Shown here: piece after piece, positions 19,250 through 28,705 of the stretch
Numbering within the stretch: position 1 is the first letter of the stretch
How the letters are laid out: the number at the start of each line of letters is the position of its first letter
DNA from: Terriglobia bacterium
GTDB lineage: Bacteria > Acidobacteriota > Terriglobia > 20CM-2-55-15
Length of the DNA: 64,000 bases
Direction: 5' to 3'
NCBI GenBank assembly: GCA_963664115.2
Contig: CAXWPJ010000002.1
Location: 800,001-864,000, forward strand
The notes under the pieces: generated by a model
What the model saw: the letters and a program-made list of their open reading frames with translations, nothing else
What the model was told of the DNA's origin: nothing
Database searches by the model: none
Translations under genes and position numbers: made by a program

Positions 19250-21073
19250 TCAGTCCGCCGGCTGCTCCGATAATCGGACGATGCCTTCGGGTGACGCCTC
19301 GAGCTCCGGAGGGGCCGCCGTCTCGGAAGGCACGAGGAAGAGCCCACGTTGGCGGGTCCATTGACCCAGCGCCCGGCTGCTGGTCCCCCGAACCAGCGGA
19401 GCGGCCAGGAGCAAGCCCGTAAAGATCGGTGTCAGCCACAGGAAGAAGGTCGGGCTGCAGTACAGCGTCAGTCCCGCCCAGCCAAGCCCGAACGCCGTGA
19501 TTCCTCGAGCGCTACGCCAGGCGCCCAGCCACGGGACCACTCGCGCTTCGCGCACTGCAGGTTCCCAACGGATGTCATGGCCACTGAGCACGCTCACGAT
19601 GAAGCGGCTGTGATACATCATCATCACAGGTGCGATCACGACCGCGAACAGCATTTCCAGCAGGGCGCTGAGCAAGAGGCGCCCGGTTCCGCCGAATGGC
19701 CGCCGATCACCGGCAAGCGTGAGAATCACCCCAAGTAGCTTGGGCACGAACAACAGGCCGATGGTCACGCCCAGCAGCGGGACGATCTGGCTCGCCGTCG
19801 GCGAGGGACTCGACCAATCCGGAAACAGTGAACCCCCGCCAAGAAATGCCGCAATGCCGAATGATGGCAGCACAATATGGGCTGTACTGGCGAGCAGCAT
19901 CAGCAGCCACAGCAACGACGCGATGTAGCCCAGCGCCCCGAGCAGAAAATGCAGTCGGCTCAACGGGTGCAGTCCACGGGTCCGCAACAGTCGCAGGTGC
20001 TGTAGGCTCCCCTGGGTCCAGCGGCGGTCGCGCTTGGCGTAGTCCAGAATGTTGGCAGGGACTTCTTCATAACTGCCACCGATGGACGGCAGCAGGTAGA
20101 CAGCCCAGCCGGCACGACGCATCAGGGCCGCCTCGACGAAGTCATGGCTCAGGACAGCGCCACCGAGCGGGGGATTGCCCGGGAGTACCGGCAGGGTGCA
20201 GTGCTCAACAAATGGCCCGACCCGGATAATGGCGTTGTGGCCCCAGTAGTTGGCCGCATCGGTTTGCCAGAAACTCTGGCCGGTCGCGAGCATCGGACCG
20301 TAGATGCAGCCGGCGAACTGCACCAATCGGCCGAACAGCGTGTCCCGGCGGACAGGCATCGGCACCGTCTGGATCAGGCCGATGCCGGGGTTGGCCTCCA
20401 TCGTACGCACCAGTTCGACCAAGGTTGGCCCGGTCATGACGCTGTCGGCATCCAGCACCACCATGAAATCGTAGTCCGCGCCCCAGCGTTCACAGAAGTC
20501 TGCAATGTTGCCGGCCTTACGACCGATGTTGGCGTGTCGGCGGCGGTAGTAAAGGCCGGTCGAACGGCCCAGTTCCTGCCGCAAGGTCGTCCATGCAGTC
20601 TCTTCTGCACGAGCGATCTGCGGATCGGTCGTATCGCTCAGCAAGTGCAGGTCGAACTGTTCACCGTGACCGGTACAAGCCAGCGAGCGCAGCACGACGG
20701 CCAGGCCGCTCATAATCCGTTCGGGGTCTTCGTTGTGGGCCGGCATGACCAGAGCGGTGCGACCGGCGATCCCTCCATCAAGCTTTCGGGCCGTCGCCGG
20801 ACCGAGTGACAGTGGATCGCGTCCGAGCACCATCAGGGCGAAGCCGATTACAGCGTTCCAGAAAGAGATGGAAATCCAACTGAAGGTCACCGCAAACAGC
20901 ACCAGAACGACGATCTCCAGGGCGTTGATGCCGGCGTACCGTACGATGTCAATCATCATGCGGATACCGATCAGGGCCGTGCCGCCTACCAGGCCGAAGA
21001 ACAGCCGGCGGCGCAGCCGCGGCAGCGGCGGACGGATGCTGCCTGCATGCTTCCCCGGGTTCAGACTCGGCAT
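19250..21073 (-). CDS. opgH: Glucans biosynthesis glucosyltransferase H
   Basis: MPAHNEDP, LSDT, RKAGNIADF, LDADS, NYWGHNAIIR, LSHDFVEAALMRRAGW, RDRRWTQG. Start at the ATG 21073, just after the opgG stop. Confidence 0.93.
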   Translation of the reverse strand: MPSLNPGKHAGSIRPPLPRLRRRLFFGLVGGTALIGIRMMIDIVRYAGINALEIVVLVLFAVTFSWISISFWNAVIGFALMVLGRDPLSLGPATARKLDGGIAGRTALVMPAHNEDPERIMSGLAVVLRSLACTGHGEQFDLHLLSDTTDPQIARAEETAWTTLRQELGRSTGLYYRRRHANIGRKAGNIADFCERWGADYDFMVVLDADSVMTGPTLVELVRTMEANPGIGLIQTVPMPVRRDTLFGRLVQFAGCIYGPMLATGQSFWQTDAANYWGHNAIIRVGPFVEHCTLPVLPGNPPLGGAVLSHDFVEAALMRRAGWAVYLLPSIGGSYEEVPANILDYAKRDRRWTQGSLQHLRLLRTRGLHPLSRLHFLLGALGYIASLLWLLMLLASTAHIVLPSFGIAAFLGGGSLFPDWSSPSPTASQIVPLLGVTIGLLFVPKLLGVILTLAGDRRPFGGTGRLLLSALLEMLFAVVIAPVMMMYHSRFIVSVLSGHDIRWEPAVREARVVPWLGAWRSARGITAFGLGWAGLTLYCSPTFFLWLTPIFTGLLLAAPLVRGTSSRALGQWTRQRGLFLVPSETAAPPELEASPEGIVRLSEQPAD

Positions 21074-21074
21074 G

Positions 21075-22697
21075 CTACTGGACACGATCGGGATACCACA
21101 CATAGCTCCAGGTTTCCGTCAGACTACGGCCATCCAGCGTCAGGTAGAGCCGCATGTCGGCGGGTCGATTGCCCTCTGGAGCAAGCCGGAAAGCGGCACG
21201 CCATCCCCTCCCGTCCGGCAATGGCTGGACTCTCAGATCGGAAGTCTGACCGGCGGAGGTCTCCAGCTGAGCTTCGACCGGCTGCGTGTTCTCGAAGGAG
21301 GACAAATCACCACCGCTGAAGTCGACGATGATCCGGCGCTGGCTCGGCGGCGATGAGGCGCTCTGACCGGGAAGAGCATCCCGGCCGATGCGCGTGCGTT
21401 CTACCGCAGCGAGCCTCTGGGCTTCGAGTCGGCTGTCGAATGTCATCAGGCGGTAGCGGTAGCGCCGTTCATCGCCGGCCATGAACGGTTGGTCGGGGAC
21501 CCAGTAGGCGGCGATGTTGTCGTTGAACTCGGAATCGGTAGGGATGGTCAGCAGTTCGACGCCGCCGCTGCCCCAATCGCCCTCTCCGAGGGTGACCCAT
21601 TCGCTGGGACGGCGATGGTAGCTGGTCTCGAGGTCGAGGTAGTTGTCGAAATCCCGGTCCCGTTGCACCAGGCCGAAGCCCTTTGGGGTGTCATCGCGCA
21701 ACGACGTTACCTGAAGTCCTGGTCCGTTGCCGAGCGGCCGCCAGATCCACTCGCCGGCAGCGGTGTGCATCAGCAAGCCATCCGAGTCGTGCACCTGGGG
21801 GCGGAAGTCATCAAATGGCGGCGTCCGGTCCGGACCGTAAAGAAACATGCTGCTCAGGGGTGCCACACCGAGCTTGGCGACATCGTGTCGCGCAAACAGG
21901 CGGGCATCGACCTCCAGTGTCGTGGGGGCGCCCGGTTCGAGATCGAAGCGATAAGCACCCGTCACCGACGGGCTGTCGAGCAGGGCGTAGAAGGTGAGTG
22001 TCGTCGCTTCCGGTCCCGGTCGGACCAACCAAAACTCGCGGAATGAGGGGAATTCCTCACCGCTTTCCAGGGCGACATCGACAGCCAGGCCTCGCGAGGA
22101 CAGCCCATAGACATGCCCCTGCCCCAGCAGGCGGAAGTAGGAGGCACCGAGGAATGCCACGACCTCGTCCTTGATGGCGGTGCTGTTAAGCGGGTAGTGT
22201 ATCCGGAATCCAGCGTAAGCTAGTTCGGGGCCGACGATGTCGGCAATCGATGCCGCACGGCCGTCGTAGCGGAACCGGTTCTTGTCGAAGCTAAGCGCCG
22301 CGATCTGCTGTTCGTGCACCAGGTGAATCCGGACCGGCTCCCGGTAGAGAGATCCCGGATGAAACAGCTGTACCTCGAAGGGCGTTTCGTTATGCCACAG
22401 GGCGGCCTCGGGACGGAAGCGGATTGACCGGTACTGCTCATAATCCATGCGCTCGAGCGCTGCCGGCAGAACGGCCTCCGGGGGCACGTATGGGATCTCG
22501 GCCAGGCTACGGGCCCGCTCGGTGACGTGCTCGAACAGCGTTGCTGGCGTCAGGGGCGCGAGCAGGGAGCTAGATGATTCGCTTGCGAACGGATCCTCGG
22601 TTGGGCCCGGGTTGGTGTCTCGGTCGGACTGGGATACTGTTGTGTTCTGCTCGAGGGCGGGGTTGCATGCCGCGGCGAGTACTAAGGACAGCGACAA
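21075..22697 (-). CDS. opgG: Glucan biosynthesis protein G/D family (start uncertain)
   Basis: DYEQYRSIRF, FLGASYFR, YGLSSRGLA, EEFPSFREFW, APLSSMF, RPQVHDSDGL, NDNIAAYW, ETWSY. The only plausible non-overlapping start is TTG 22697. Confidence 0.88.
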   Translation of the reverse strand: MSLSLVLAAACNPALEQNTTVSQSDRDTNPGPTEDPFASESSSSLLAPLTPATLFEHVTERARSLAEIPYVPPEAVLPAALERMDYEQYRSIRFRPEAALWHNETPFEVQLFHPGSLYREPVRIHLVHEQQIAALSFDKNRFRYDGRAASIADIVGPELAYAGFRIHYPLNSTAIKDEVVAFLGASYFRLLGQGHVYGLSSRGLAVDVALESGEEFPSFREFWLVRPGPEATTLTFYALLDSPSVTGAYRFDLEPGAPTTLEVDARLFARHDVAKLGVAPLSSMFLYGPDRTPPFDDFRPQVHDSDGLLMHTAAGEWIWRPLGNGPGLQVTSLRDDTPKGFGLVQRDRDFDNYLDLETSYHRRPSEWVTLGEGDWGSGGVELLTIPTDSEFNDNIAAYWVPDQPFMAGDERRYRYRLMTFDSRLEAQRLAAVERTRIGRDALPGQSASSPPSQRRIIVDFSGGDLSSFENTQPVEAQLETSAGQTSDLRVQPLPDGRGWRAAFRLAPEGNRPADMRLYLTLDGRSLTETWSYVWYPDRVQ

Positions 22698-22754
22698 GGG
22701 AGCGATGAGGAACCGGCGCGCGAGGGTATTCGCGAATTCCCGGGAGCGGTAACT

Positions 22755-24428
22755 ATGAAGATGAGTGTTCCAGCAAAGATCCTGGGCTTGCCGTTTGTCC
22801 TGTTGCTCCTCAACGGCTTGTTGCTTGCTCCGCAGTGGCTGCTGACGGGCAGTCTGGGACCGGGCTGGATCGCTATCGAGTCGTTGCTGGTGGTCGGGGT
22901 GTTCCTTTTGCTGCCGCGCCGGCGCCCGCGTGCGGCGCTGGCAGCGGGCACCGGCACCTTCCTGGTGTTGCTGAGCGTCGTGGCATTCGCGGATGCCGTG
23001 GCCCGGCAGAGCCTGGGCCGGGGGTTGAATCTCTACCTTGATGTGCATCTGGTGAGCGCGGTCTACAAGCTGCTGAACGGGGCGCTGGGCCCGGCTGTGG
23101 CGGTTCTACTCATGGTGGGCTTGGCGCTGGGTGCTGCTGTCTCGGTCCTCATCCTAGCCTACCTGTTGCAGTCCGTCGAGATCCATTCGTCGAAATCGGG
23201 CACTCGGATCGCGGGCGTGGCACTGATCGCTCTCTTCGGAGTTGGCCTGGCGGGTGAACAGATGCCCGTGCTCAGTGAACGGATCACCTTACCTGCGGTG
23301 GGGATCGCCACGGATCAGACTCGGGGTTTCTTTCGGATGTTGGAGGAAGCGGAGCGGTTCACCGCCGAACTGGCCGTCGTTCCCGACGGCTACGCCGGAG
23401 TGGGTGGGTTCCTCGGAAAGCTGGTCGGCCATGATGTAGTGCTGGCCTTCATCGAATCCTATGGGGTGTCGGCTCTCTACGATCCTCGCTTTTCGCCCGT
23501 AATCCTGCCCCGGTTGGATGTCCTGGACACTCGTATGGCGGACGCCGGTCTGCACTTGGCCACCGGCACGTTGGTAGCACCGACCCGGGGCGGCGAGTCC
23601 TGGCTGTCGCACGGGTCGTTGTTCAGCGGGTTGTGGCTGGATAATCAGTTGCGCTATGACCTGATGCTGGCCAGCGGCCGGGGGACGCTGATCGACGATT
23701 TCCGCCGTGCCGGCCATCGCACTGTTGCCCTGATGCCGGCGATCACGCTGGCGTGGCCGGAGGGGGAGCGCTTGGGCTACGACCAGATCTTTGCCCTTCG
23801 CAATATCGATTACGCGGGGCCAGCCTTGAACTGGGTCACGATGCCGGATCAGTACACCTGGTCCTTTCTGGAACGTGCGATTCTCACCACTGATGACGCC
23901 GACACCAGACCCGTGTTCGCCGAGCTTGGCTTGATCAGCAGTCACGCACCCTGGACGCCGATCCTGCCCGTACTGGATGACTGGGACAGCATCGGCGATG
24001 GATCGGTCTTCGCGCCCTGGGAAAACGCCGGGGAGCATCCGGATGAGCTGTGGCGGGACATGGATCGCGTCCGCGAGCACTATGCGCTCTCGGTGGACTA
24101 TGCGATCCACACGATGGCCAGTTACGCCGAGCGCTACGTCGACGAGGGAACCTTGCTCATCGTGCTCGGCGATCACCAGGCGGCGCCGTTGATCATCGGT
24201 GATGATGCCAGTCCAGCCGTGCCCGTCCACGTCATCAGCCGTGATCCGGGACTGGTGCAGCCCTTTCTGGACTGGGGGTTCCAGAGCGGGGCGCTTCCTG
24301 ACCCGGACCGGCCGGGGCCGGGCATGGATGCCTTTCGTGATTGGTTCGTACGGGCTTTCAGCAAATCCGCCGCGGGTGGGGAAACGTTAACCGCACCGGT
24401 GCCCGAAGAAGCCGCGGATACGGGCTGA
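22755..24428 (+). CDS. Membrane-anchored alkaline-phosphatase/sulfatase-superfamily protein (LtaS/OpgB-like architecture)
   Basis: About 5 N-terminal TM segments, then FIESYG, PTRGGESWLSH, SSHAPW and LGDHQ. Confidence 0.8.
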   Translation: MKMSVPAKILGLPFVLLLLNGLLLAPQWLLTGSLGPGWIAIESLLVVGVFLLLPRRRPRAALAAGTGTFLVLLSVVAFADAVARQSLGRGLNLYLDVHLVSAVYKLLNGALGPAVAVLLMVGLALGAAVSVLILAYLLQSVEIHSSKSGTRIAGVALIALFGVGLAGEQMPVLSERITLPAVGIATDQTRGFFRMLEEAERFTAELAVVPDGYAGVGGFLGKLVGHDVVLAFIESYGVSALYDPRFSPVILPRLDVLDTRMADAGLHLATGTLVAPTRGGESWLSHGSLFSGLWLDNQLRYDLMLASGRGTLIDDFRRAGHRTVALMPAITLAWPEGERLGYDQIFALRNIDYAGPALNWVTMPDQYTWSFLERAILTTDDADTRPVFAELGLISSHAPWTPILPVLDDWDSIGDGSVFAPWENAGEHPDELWRDMDRVREHYALSVDYAIHTMASYAERYVDEGTLLIVLGDHQAAPLIIGDDASPAVPVHVISRDPGLVQPFLDWGFQSGALPDPDRPGPGMDAFRDWFVRAFSKSAAGGETLTAPVPEEAADTG

Positions 24429-24438
24429 TCGATTCGAC

Positions 24439-25194
24439 GTGTCGTGCTCTGAATGGCTCGGGTTACTTCGATCCCTGATCGTCTACTGGCGTCCCGGTCG
24501 TCAGAAGAAGCTGCGCCGGCTCTATCGCCCGTTCGTGGGAGTGGGGGACCTGGTCTTCGATGTGGGTGCACACCTGGGCGATCGTTCGGTCGCATTCGCG
24601 GCCCTGGGTGCCCGAGTGGTGGCGCTGGAGCCCCAGCCCCAGGTCGTGCCCTGGCTCCGGCGACTCGTGGGACGGAACGACAGTATCATCGTGCGGGCTG
24701 AGGCGGTGGGGGGCGCTGCGGGAACCGCCCGCTTGGCCATCAGCAGGCGAACACCCTCCGTATCCACACTGGCCGAGACCTGGCGGCGGAAGCTTCCGGA
24801 GGCCAACCCCGGCTTCGGGCGGGTCCGTTGGGAGGACGCGGTGGAGGTCCCTGTCATTACACTGGATGCCCTCATCGAGATCCACGGCCTCCCGCGCTTC
24901 TGCAAGATTGATGTGGAGGGATACGAGGCCGAGGTCCTCGCCGGACTGAGTTACCCGATACCCGGCGTGTCGGTGGAGTTCGTCTCCGGCGGCCTGGAGG
25001 TGGCGGTGGCCTGTATTCATCGGCTCGGCCAGCTCGGGACTTATGAATTCAACGCCATTGCCGGCGAGGGCAGGGAATTCGTGTTTGACGGTTGGGTGAG
25101 GAGCGAGGGCATCGCAGATTGGCTGGACGAAGGCGCGGGCGGCGCGTTGTCTGGTGACGTCTACGCCCGACTCCGGCTCGCTCATCCGAGCTAG
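24439..25194 (+). CDS. FkbM family methyltransferase
   Basis: FDVGAHLG, ALEPQ, VITLDALI, KIDVEGYE. Confidence 0.9.
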   Translation: MSCSEWLGLLRSLIVYWRPGRQKKLRRLYRPFVGVGDLVFDVGAHLGDRSVAFAALGARVVALEPQPQVVPWLRRLVGRNDSIIVRAEAVGGAAGTARLAISRRTPSVSTLAETWRRKLPEANPGFGRVRWEDAVEVPVITLDALIEIHGLPRFCKIDVEGYEAEVLAGLSYPIPGVSVEFVSGGLEVAVACIHRLGQLGTYEFNAIAGEGREFVFDGWVRSEGIADWLDEGAGGALSGDVYARLRLAHPS

Positions 25195-25320
25195 GTGAAC
25201 CTTAGCGGAGTAAGTCGAACATAGACACCGGCCTCAGACCGAGCGGTGGTGGTGCGTCAAGCCGGTTGTTCGCCCCATCCGGCCCCCGTACTGGCCCAAT
25301 GCGAGGGCGCGGTCACCAAT

Positions 25321-26844
25321 CTAAGGCCGTTGACCGAGGCCGCGTGTTTCAACCAGCCTGCAGGCGAGTGAAGAAGAAGTTGCGGTCGAGGGCTGCTTTT
25401 CCGTGCGGTCAGTCGCCATCGAATTGGAGGCCGGCTTTTCCACATCCGCGTAGAGGACGAGGTCGCCGGCGAAAGACTCGTGGTGCACGTTTGTCAATCT
25501 GCCGTTGCCCGGAGTCATCGGCAGCGAGGGTTTGACGGCTGTCAGACTGTCGACGAACTGAGGGACAATCGTGATGATCATCCGGTCAACCAGATGGCAG
25601 GCCACGAAGTCCGTGATGACTCCCGCCCCCCCCTCGACCATCAATGAGCGGATACCCAGCTCATAAAGATGCCGCAGTAACATGTGGAGATCGACCCGGC
25701 CATTGGGGTTGGAAGACAGGCGGACGACGTCGGCTCCGCGCGCCCGCAGCCGTGTTTCTCGAAGAGCGCTCGCCTGTTCCGTTGTCGCGATAATCGGCGG
25801 CACGCATGGAGGGCTCAAGAGTCTGGCCTCGAGAGGTGAGCGCAGGTGTGAGTCGAGAACGACCGGCTGTGGGTTCTTTCCGGCAACGAGGCGAACCGTC
25901 AGGCGCGGGTCGTCCGACAACAGTGTGTTGATTCCGACCAGGATCGCATCGTGCATTGAACGCAGTCGGTGCGTCAGGGCTTGCGATTCGGGGTTGCTGA
26001 GCTGGAGCGGTTTGCCGGCCTCGGCTGCGATCGCCCCATCGAGGCTCTGGGCGTAGCTCAATGTCACCGACGGCACTGCATCCGGGTGAGGAAGCGCCTC
26101 CCCTTGCCGCAGGCTGGCGCGCAGTCGGGACACTACGCCGCCGTTGTCGGGCTCGGGCGCAGTTTCAATGGAAATGGTCCCAGCGGCATGGTTCGTGAGA
26201 ACTTCACCTGCGGGGGTGGCGATGGCGGGCAACGGGCTGAGGAGATGGCCCATTTTGGACGCTTTCGTCTGAAGGTATGCGTAATTTTCCGGTCGCGGTG
26301 GAATGTAGTGTCGCGCCCGTTCAACCACACGGATGCCAAATGCCTCCAGCGCTTTTACCTTCTCGGGGTTGTTGGTCGCAAGTCGAACGGAGTAGACTCC
26401 CTGGTCGTTCATCATCGCGGCAGCGTGCGCGTAGCTCCGCACGTCCGCGGGGAATCCCAGATGCAGGTTCGCTTCCACAGTATCCATCCCCTCGTCCTGC
26501 AAAGCATAGGCACGGATCTTGTTGGTCAGTCCGATGCCCCTCCCCTCCTGCCTCAGGTACAGGAGCAGACCGCGGCCTTCCTCGGATATGTAGTCCAGCG
26601 CGGCCTGCAACTGTTCCCCGCAATCGCAGCGTATCGAGCCGAACACGTCCCCGGTCAGGCATTCGGAATGGATGCGAACCAGTGGCGGCGAGCCGTCCAG
26701 CTCACCCATGCGGACCGCGAGGTGCTCCTTACCTTCCCCGTCCCGGTATACGGTAACGGTAAATTCACCTAAGGCCGTCGGGATACGGGCCGACCCTGAT
26801 CGGTGAATCGTGTCCCCTGTGGTTGTTCCGAGATCTACTTTCAT
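25321..26844 (-). CDS. ribA: GTP cyclohydrolase II fused to a RibD/Rib7-type pyrimidine reductase domain
   Basis: [37 protein letters not shown]; C-terminal [30 protein letters not shown]. Confidence 0.88.
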   Translation of the reverse strand: MKVDLGTTTGDTIHRSGSARIPTALGEFTVTVYRDGEGKEHLAVRMGELDGSPPLVRIHSECLTGDVFGSIRCDCGEQLQAALDYISEEGRGLLLYLRQEGRGIGLTNKIRAYALQDEGMDTVEANLHLGFPADVRSYAHAAAMMNDQGVYSVRLATNNPEKVKALEAFGIRVVERARHYIPPRPENYAYLQTKASKMGHLLSPLPAIATPAGEVLTNHAAGTISIETAPEPDNGGVVSRLRASLRQGEALPHPDAVPSVTLSYAQSLDGAIAAEAGKPLQLSNPESQALTHRLRSMHDAILVGINTLLSDDPRLTVRLVAGKNPQPVVLDSHLRSPLEARLLSPPCVPPIIATTEQASALRETRLRARGADVVRLSSNPNGRVDLHMLLRHLYELGIRSLMVEGGAGVITDFVACHLVDRMIITIVPQFVDSLTAVKPSLPMTPGNGRLTNVHHESFAGDLVLYADVEKPASNSMATDRTEKQPSTATSSSLACRLVETRGLGQRP

Positions 26845-27149
26845 ATCCAATGAACAATAGCCAGTTTCAAAAAGTGCAGTTCGCGCCTTCAGCGCACACC
26901 TGCGGAGGCGTGGATGCCACCGAGGCCATGAAGACGTTTACGAAAAACCTGGGGACGGGCACCTAACCCGCGTCCGAGCTAAACACAAACACGTACATCC
27001 GTCAATTGTTCCGATCTTTAAGCCCCGTTTGCGAGTTGTCATCCGCGGGGCGAGCGGCTGTTCTCCGGAAGTATAGTGCAGTACATTGAACATCTCATGC
27101 TAGTGGTCCATATGATTCGCAGCCCTCTGGCCATGCCCGGGCTCGACGG

Positions 27150-27725
27150 GTGAGTTCAGAAAAGCAAACTTCAGCCAGGCTCTTTCTCGTCCGTCATGGC
27201 CAGGATCTGGATAATTCTCGTTCTCTGATCAACGGCAGACGAGATACTCCCCTGACTGACCTGGGGAGAACCCAGGCGCTGGCCGTGGCCGAGCAGCTTC
27301 GATCGGAGGTAATCAATTGCGTTTACACCTCACCACTCCAACGAGCGAGCGAGACGGCTTCAATAATCTCCGAGAACCTAGGTATTGCGGAAATTCATGT
27401 GGAGTCGGACCTCATCGAGAGAGATTATGGAGTGCTCACCGGAAGACCGGTCGCCGACATCCCTCTACACGCCAGCAACATAATCGTGTTGGATGATTTT
27501 CGCTACGTCATCGATTCACCTGGCGTGGAAGACTACGCGCGTCTGTGGACACGGGCGGGAGACGCTCTTCGGAGCATCCAGAATCGCCATGCCGGTCAGA
27601 GGGTTCTCGTCGTGGCCCACAACGAAGTGATCAAGATGCTGCGGGCGAATTTCTATGGGAAGTCCTGGGAAGATGAACTGCGGCTCTCCCCCGTGAATAA
27701 CTGTGAGGTGATCGCTCTGGCTTAG
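27150..27725 (+). CDS. Histidine phosphatase family protein
   Basis: LVRHGQ, TSPLQRA, LIERDYG, VVAH. Confidence 0.88.
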   Translation: MSSEKQTSARLFLVRHGQDLDNSRSLINGRRDTPLTDLGRTQALAVAEQLRSEVINCVYTSPLQRASETASIISENLGIAEIHVESDLIERDYGVLTGRPVADIPLHASNIIVLDDFRYVIDSPGVEDYARLWTRAGDALRSIQNRHAGQRVLVVAHNEVIKMLRANFYGKSWEDELRLSPVNNCEVIALA

Positions 27726-27772
27726 ACGGGTCCGCCTCTCGACGGAACCGAACAAAGAGTTCGAGTCCGATA

Positions 27773-28525
27773 TTATTTCAGCGATGGACGGCGGGCGACG
27801 CGCGCTAGCCAGGCGATATCGATGGCAAACGAACTGCTCATTAGCGCGAGTCCGGCCAACGCGACGACATCGCTGGTCGGCGGCAGGAGCGGTGGAGCGA
27901 GGCAGACGGTCAACGATAGTGCAGCCACGACGCAGATCATCTGCCGCCCTCGACGTTTCGGCAACGTGCGCTTCATCCACGGCAGCAGATAGCTCGATGC
28001 GACGAACACGTAGCGCATCAGTCCGGCCGCAAGAATCCAGGGTCCGGCTTTGCCGTACTGCCACACCAGTGCGGCCATGCCGAAGATCAGCAACGCGTCG
28101 GTTTCCATGTCGAAACGTGCCCCAAAATCGCTCGTGTCACCTCGACTACGTGCAAGCCAGCCGTCGACACCGTCCATAGTGATAACAAGCGATGCGAGGA
28201 TCACTGCAAACCAGGCTTCCGCGGAGCTTGCCCTTTCACCGATCAGCGCAAGCAACATCGCGGCCATCGCGGCGCGCGCCAGCGTCACACGGTTTGCCAT
28301 TCCGAACCTATCCGAGACCAGGTGCTTCTCGGCAAGCGCCAGGATCAGCGTGGCGCCGAAACCGAAAATCAGGATTGCTTTGAGGGGGAAGAGTCTGCCG
28401 AGATCGAGGAGCCACCCCACGGTCCAGGCAAATCCCGTTGTTGCGATCAAGCAGACCGCGACGCTCCAACGGGCATTTTGTGCCGCTGTGAACTGGCGAT
28501 GAACCCTGTTAGCCAAGATCGACAT
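27773..28525 (-). CDS. CDP-alcohol phosphatidyltransferase family protein
   Basis: ANRVTLAR and the signature DGVDGWLAR-x7-GARFDMETD; start at MSILANR. Confidence 0.9.
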   Translation of the reverse strand: MSILANRVHRQFTAAQNARWSVAVCLIATTGFAWTVGWLLDLGRLFPLKAILIFGFGATLILALAEKHLVSDRFGMANRVTLARAAMAAMLLALIGERASSAEAWFAVILASLVITMDGVDGWLARSRGDTSDFGARFDMETDALLIFGMAALVWQYGKAGPWILAAGLMRYVFVASSYLLPWMKRTLPKRRGRQMICVVAALSLTVCLAPPLLPPTSDVVALAGLALMSSSFAIDIAWLARVARRPSLK

Positions 28526-28705
28526 GACCGAGGAGAAGTCCTTTTCTGTTCTTGTACAACCCTGCCTTTCGTATAGTGTAGAAGACCTGTAAATGGACCT
28601 TTCTAGCGCGTACCTTTCAATAGTTCTTGAATTCCAGATTTCGAAGAATACTTGCATCTATTGTTTCATGCAGCAAGTATCGGCCGCCACCAAGAGAAAA
28701 ACGTG

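Noticed and set aside
22698-23048. N-terminal extension of OpgG in the ORF track
   Set aside because: Mostly antisense to the TM-coding start of the sulfatase-fold gene, with the Q/H/R-rich composition typical of a shadow frame.
26850-27150. FMN riboswitch upstream of ribA
   Set aside because: None of the conserved FMN aptamer segments is recognisable on the minus strand.
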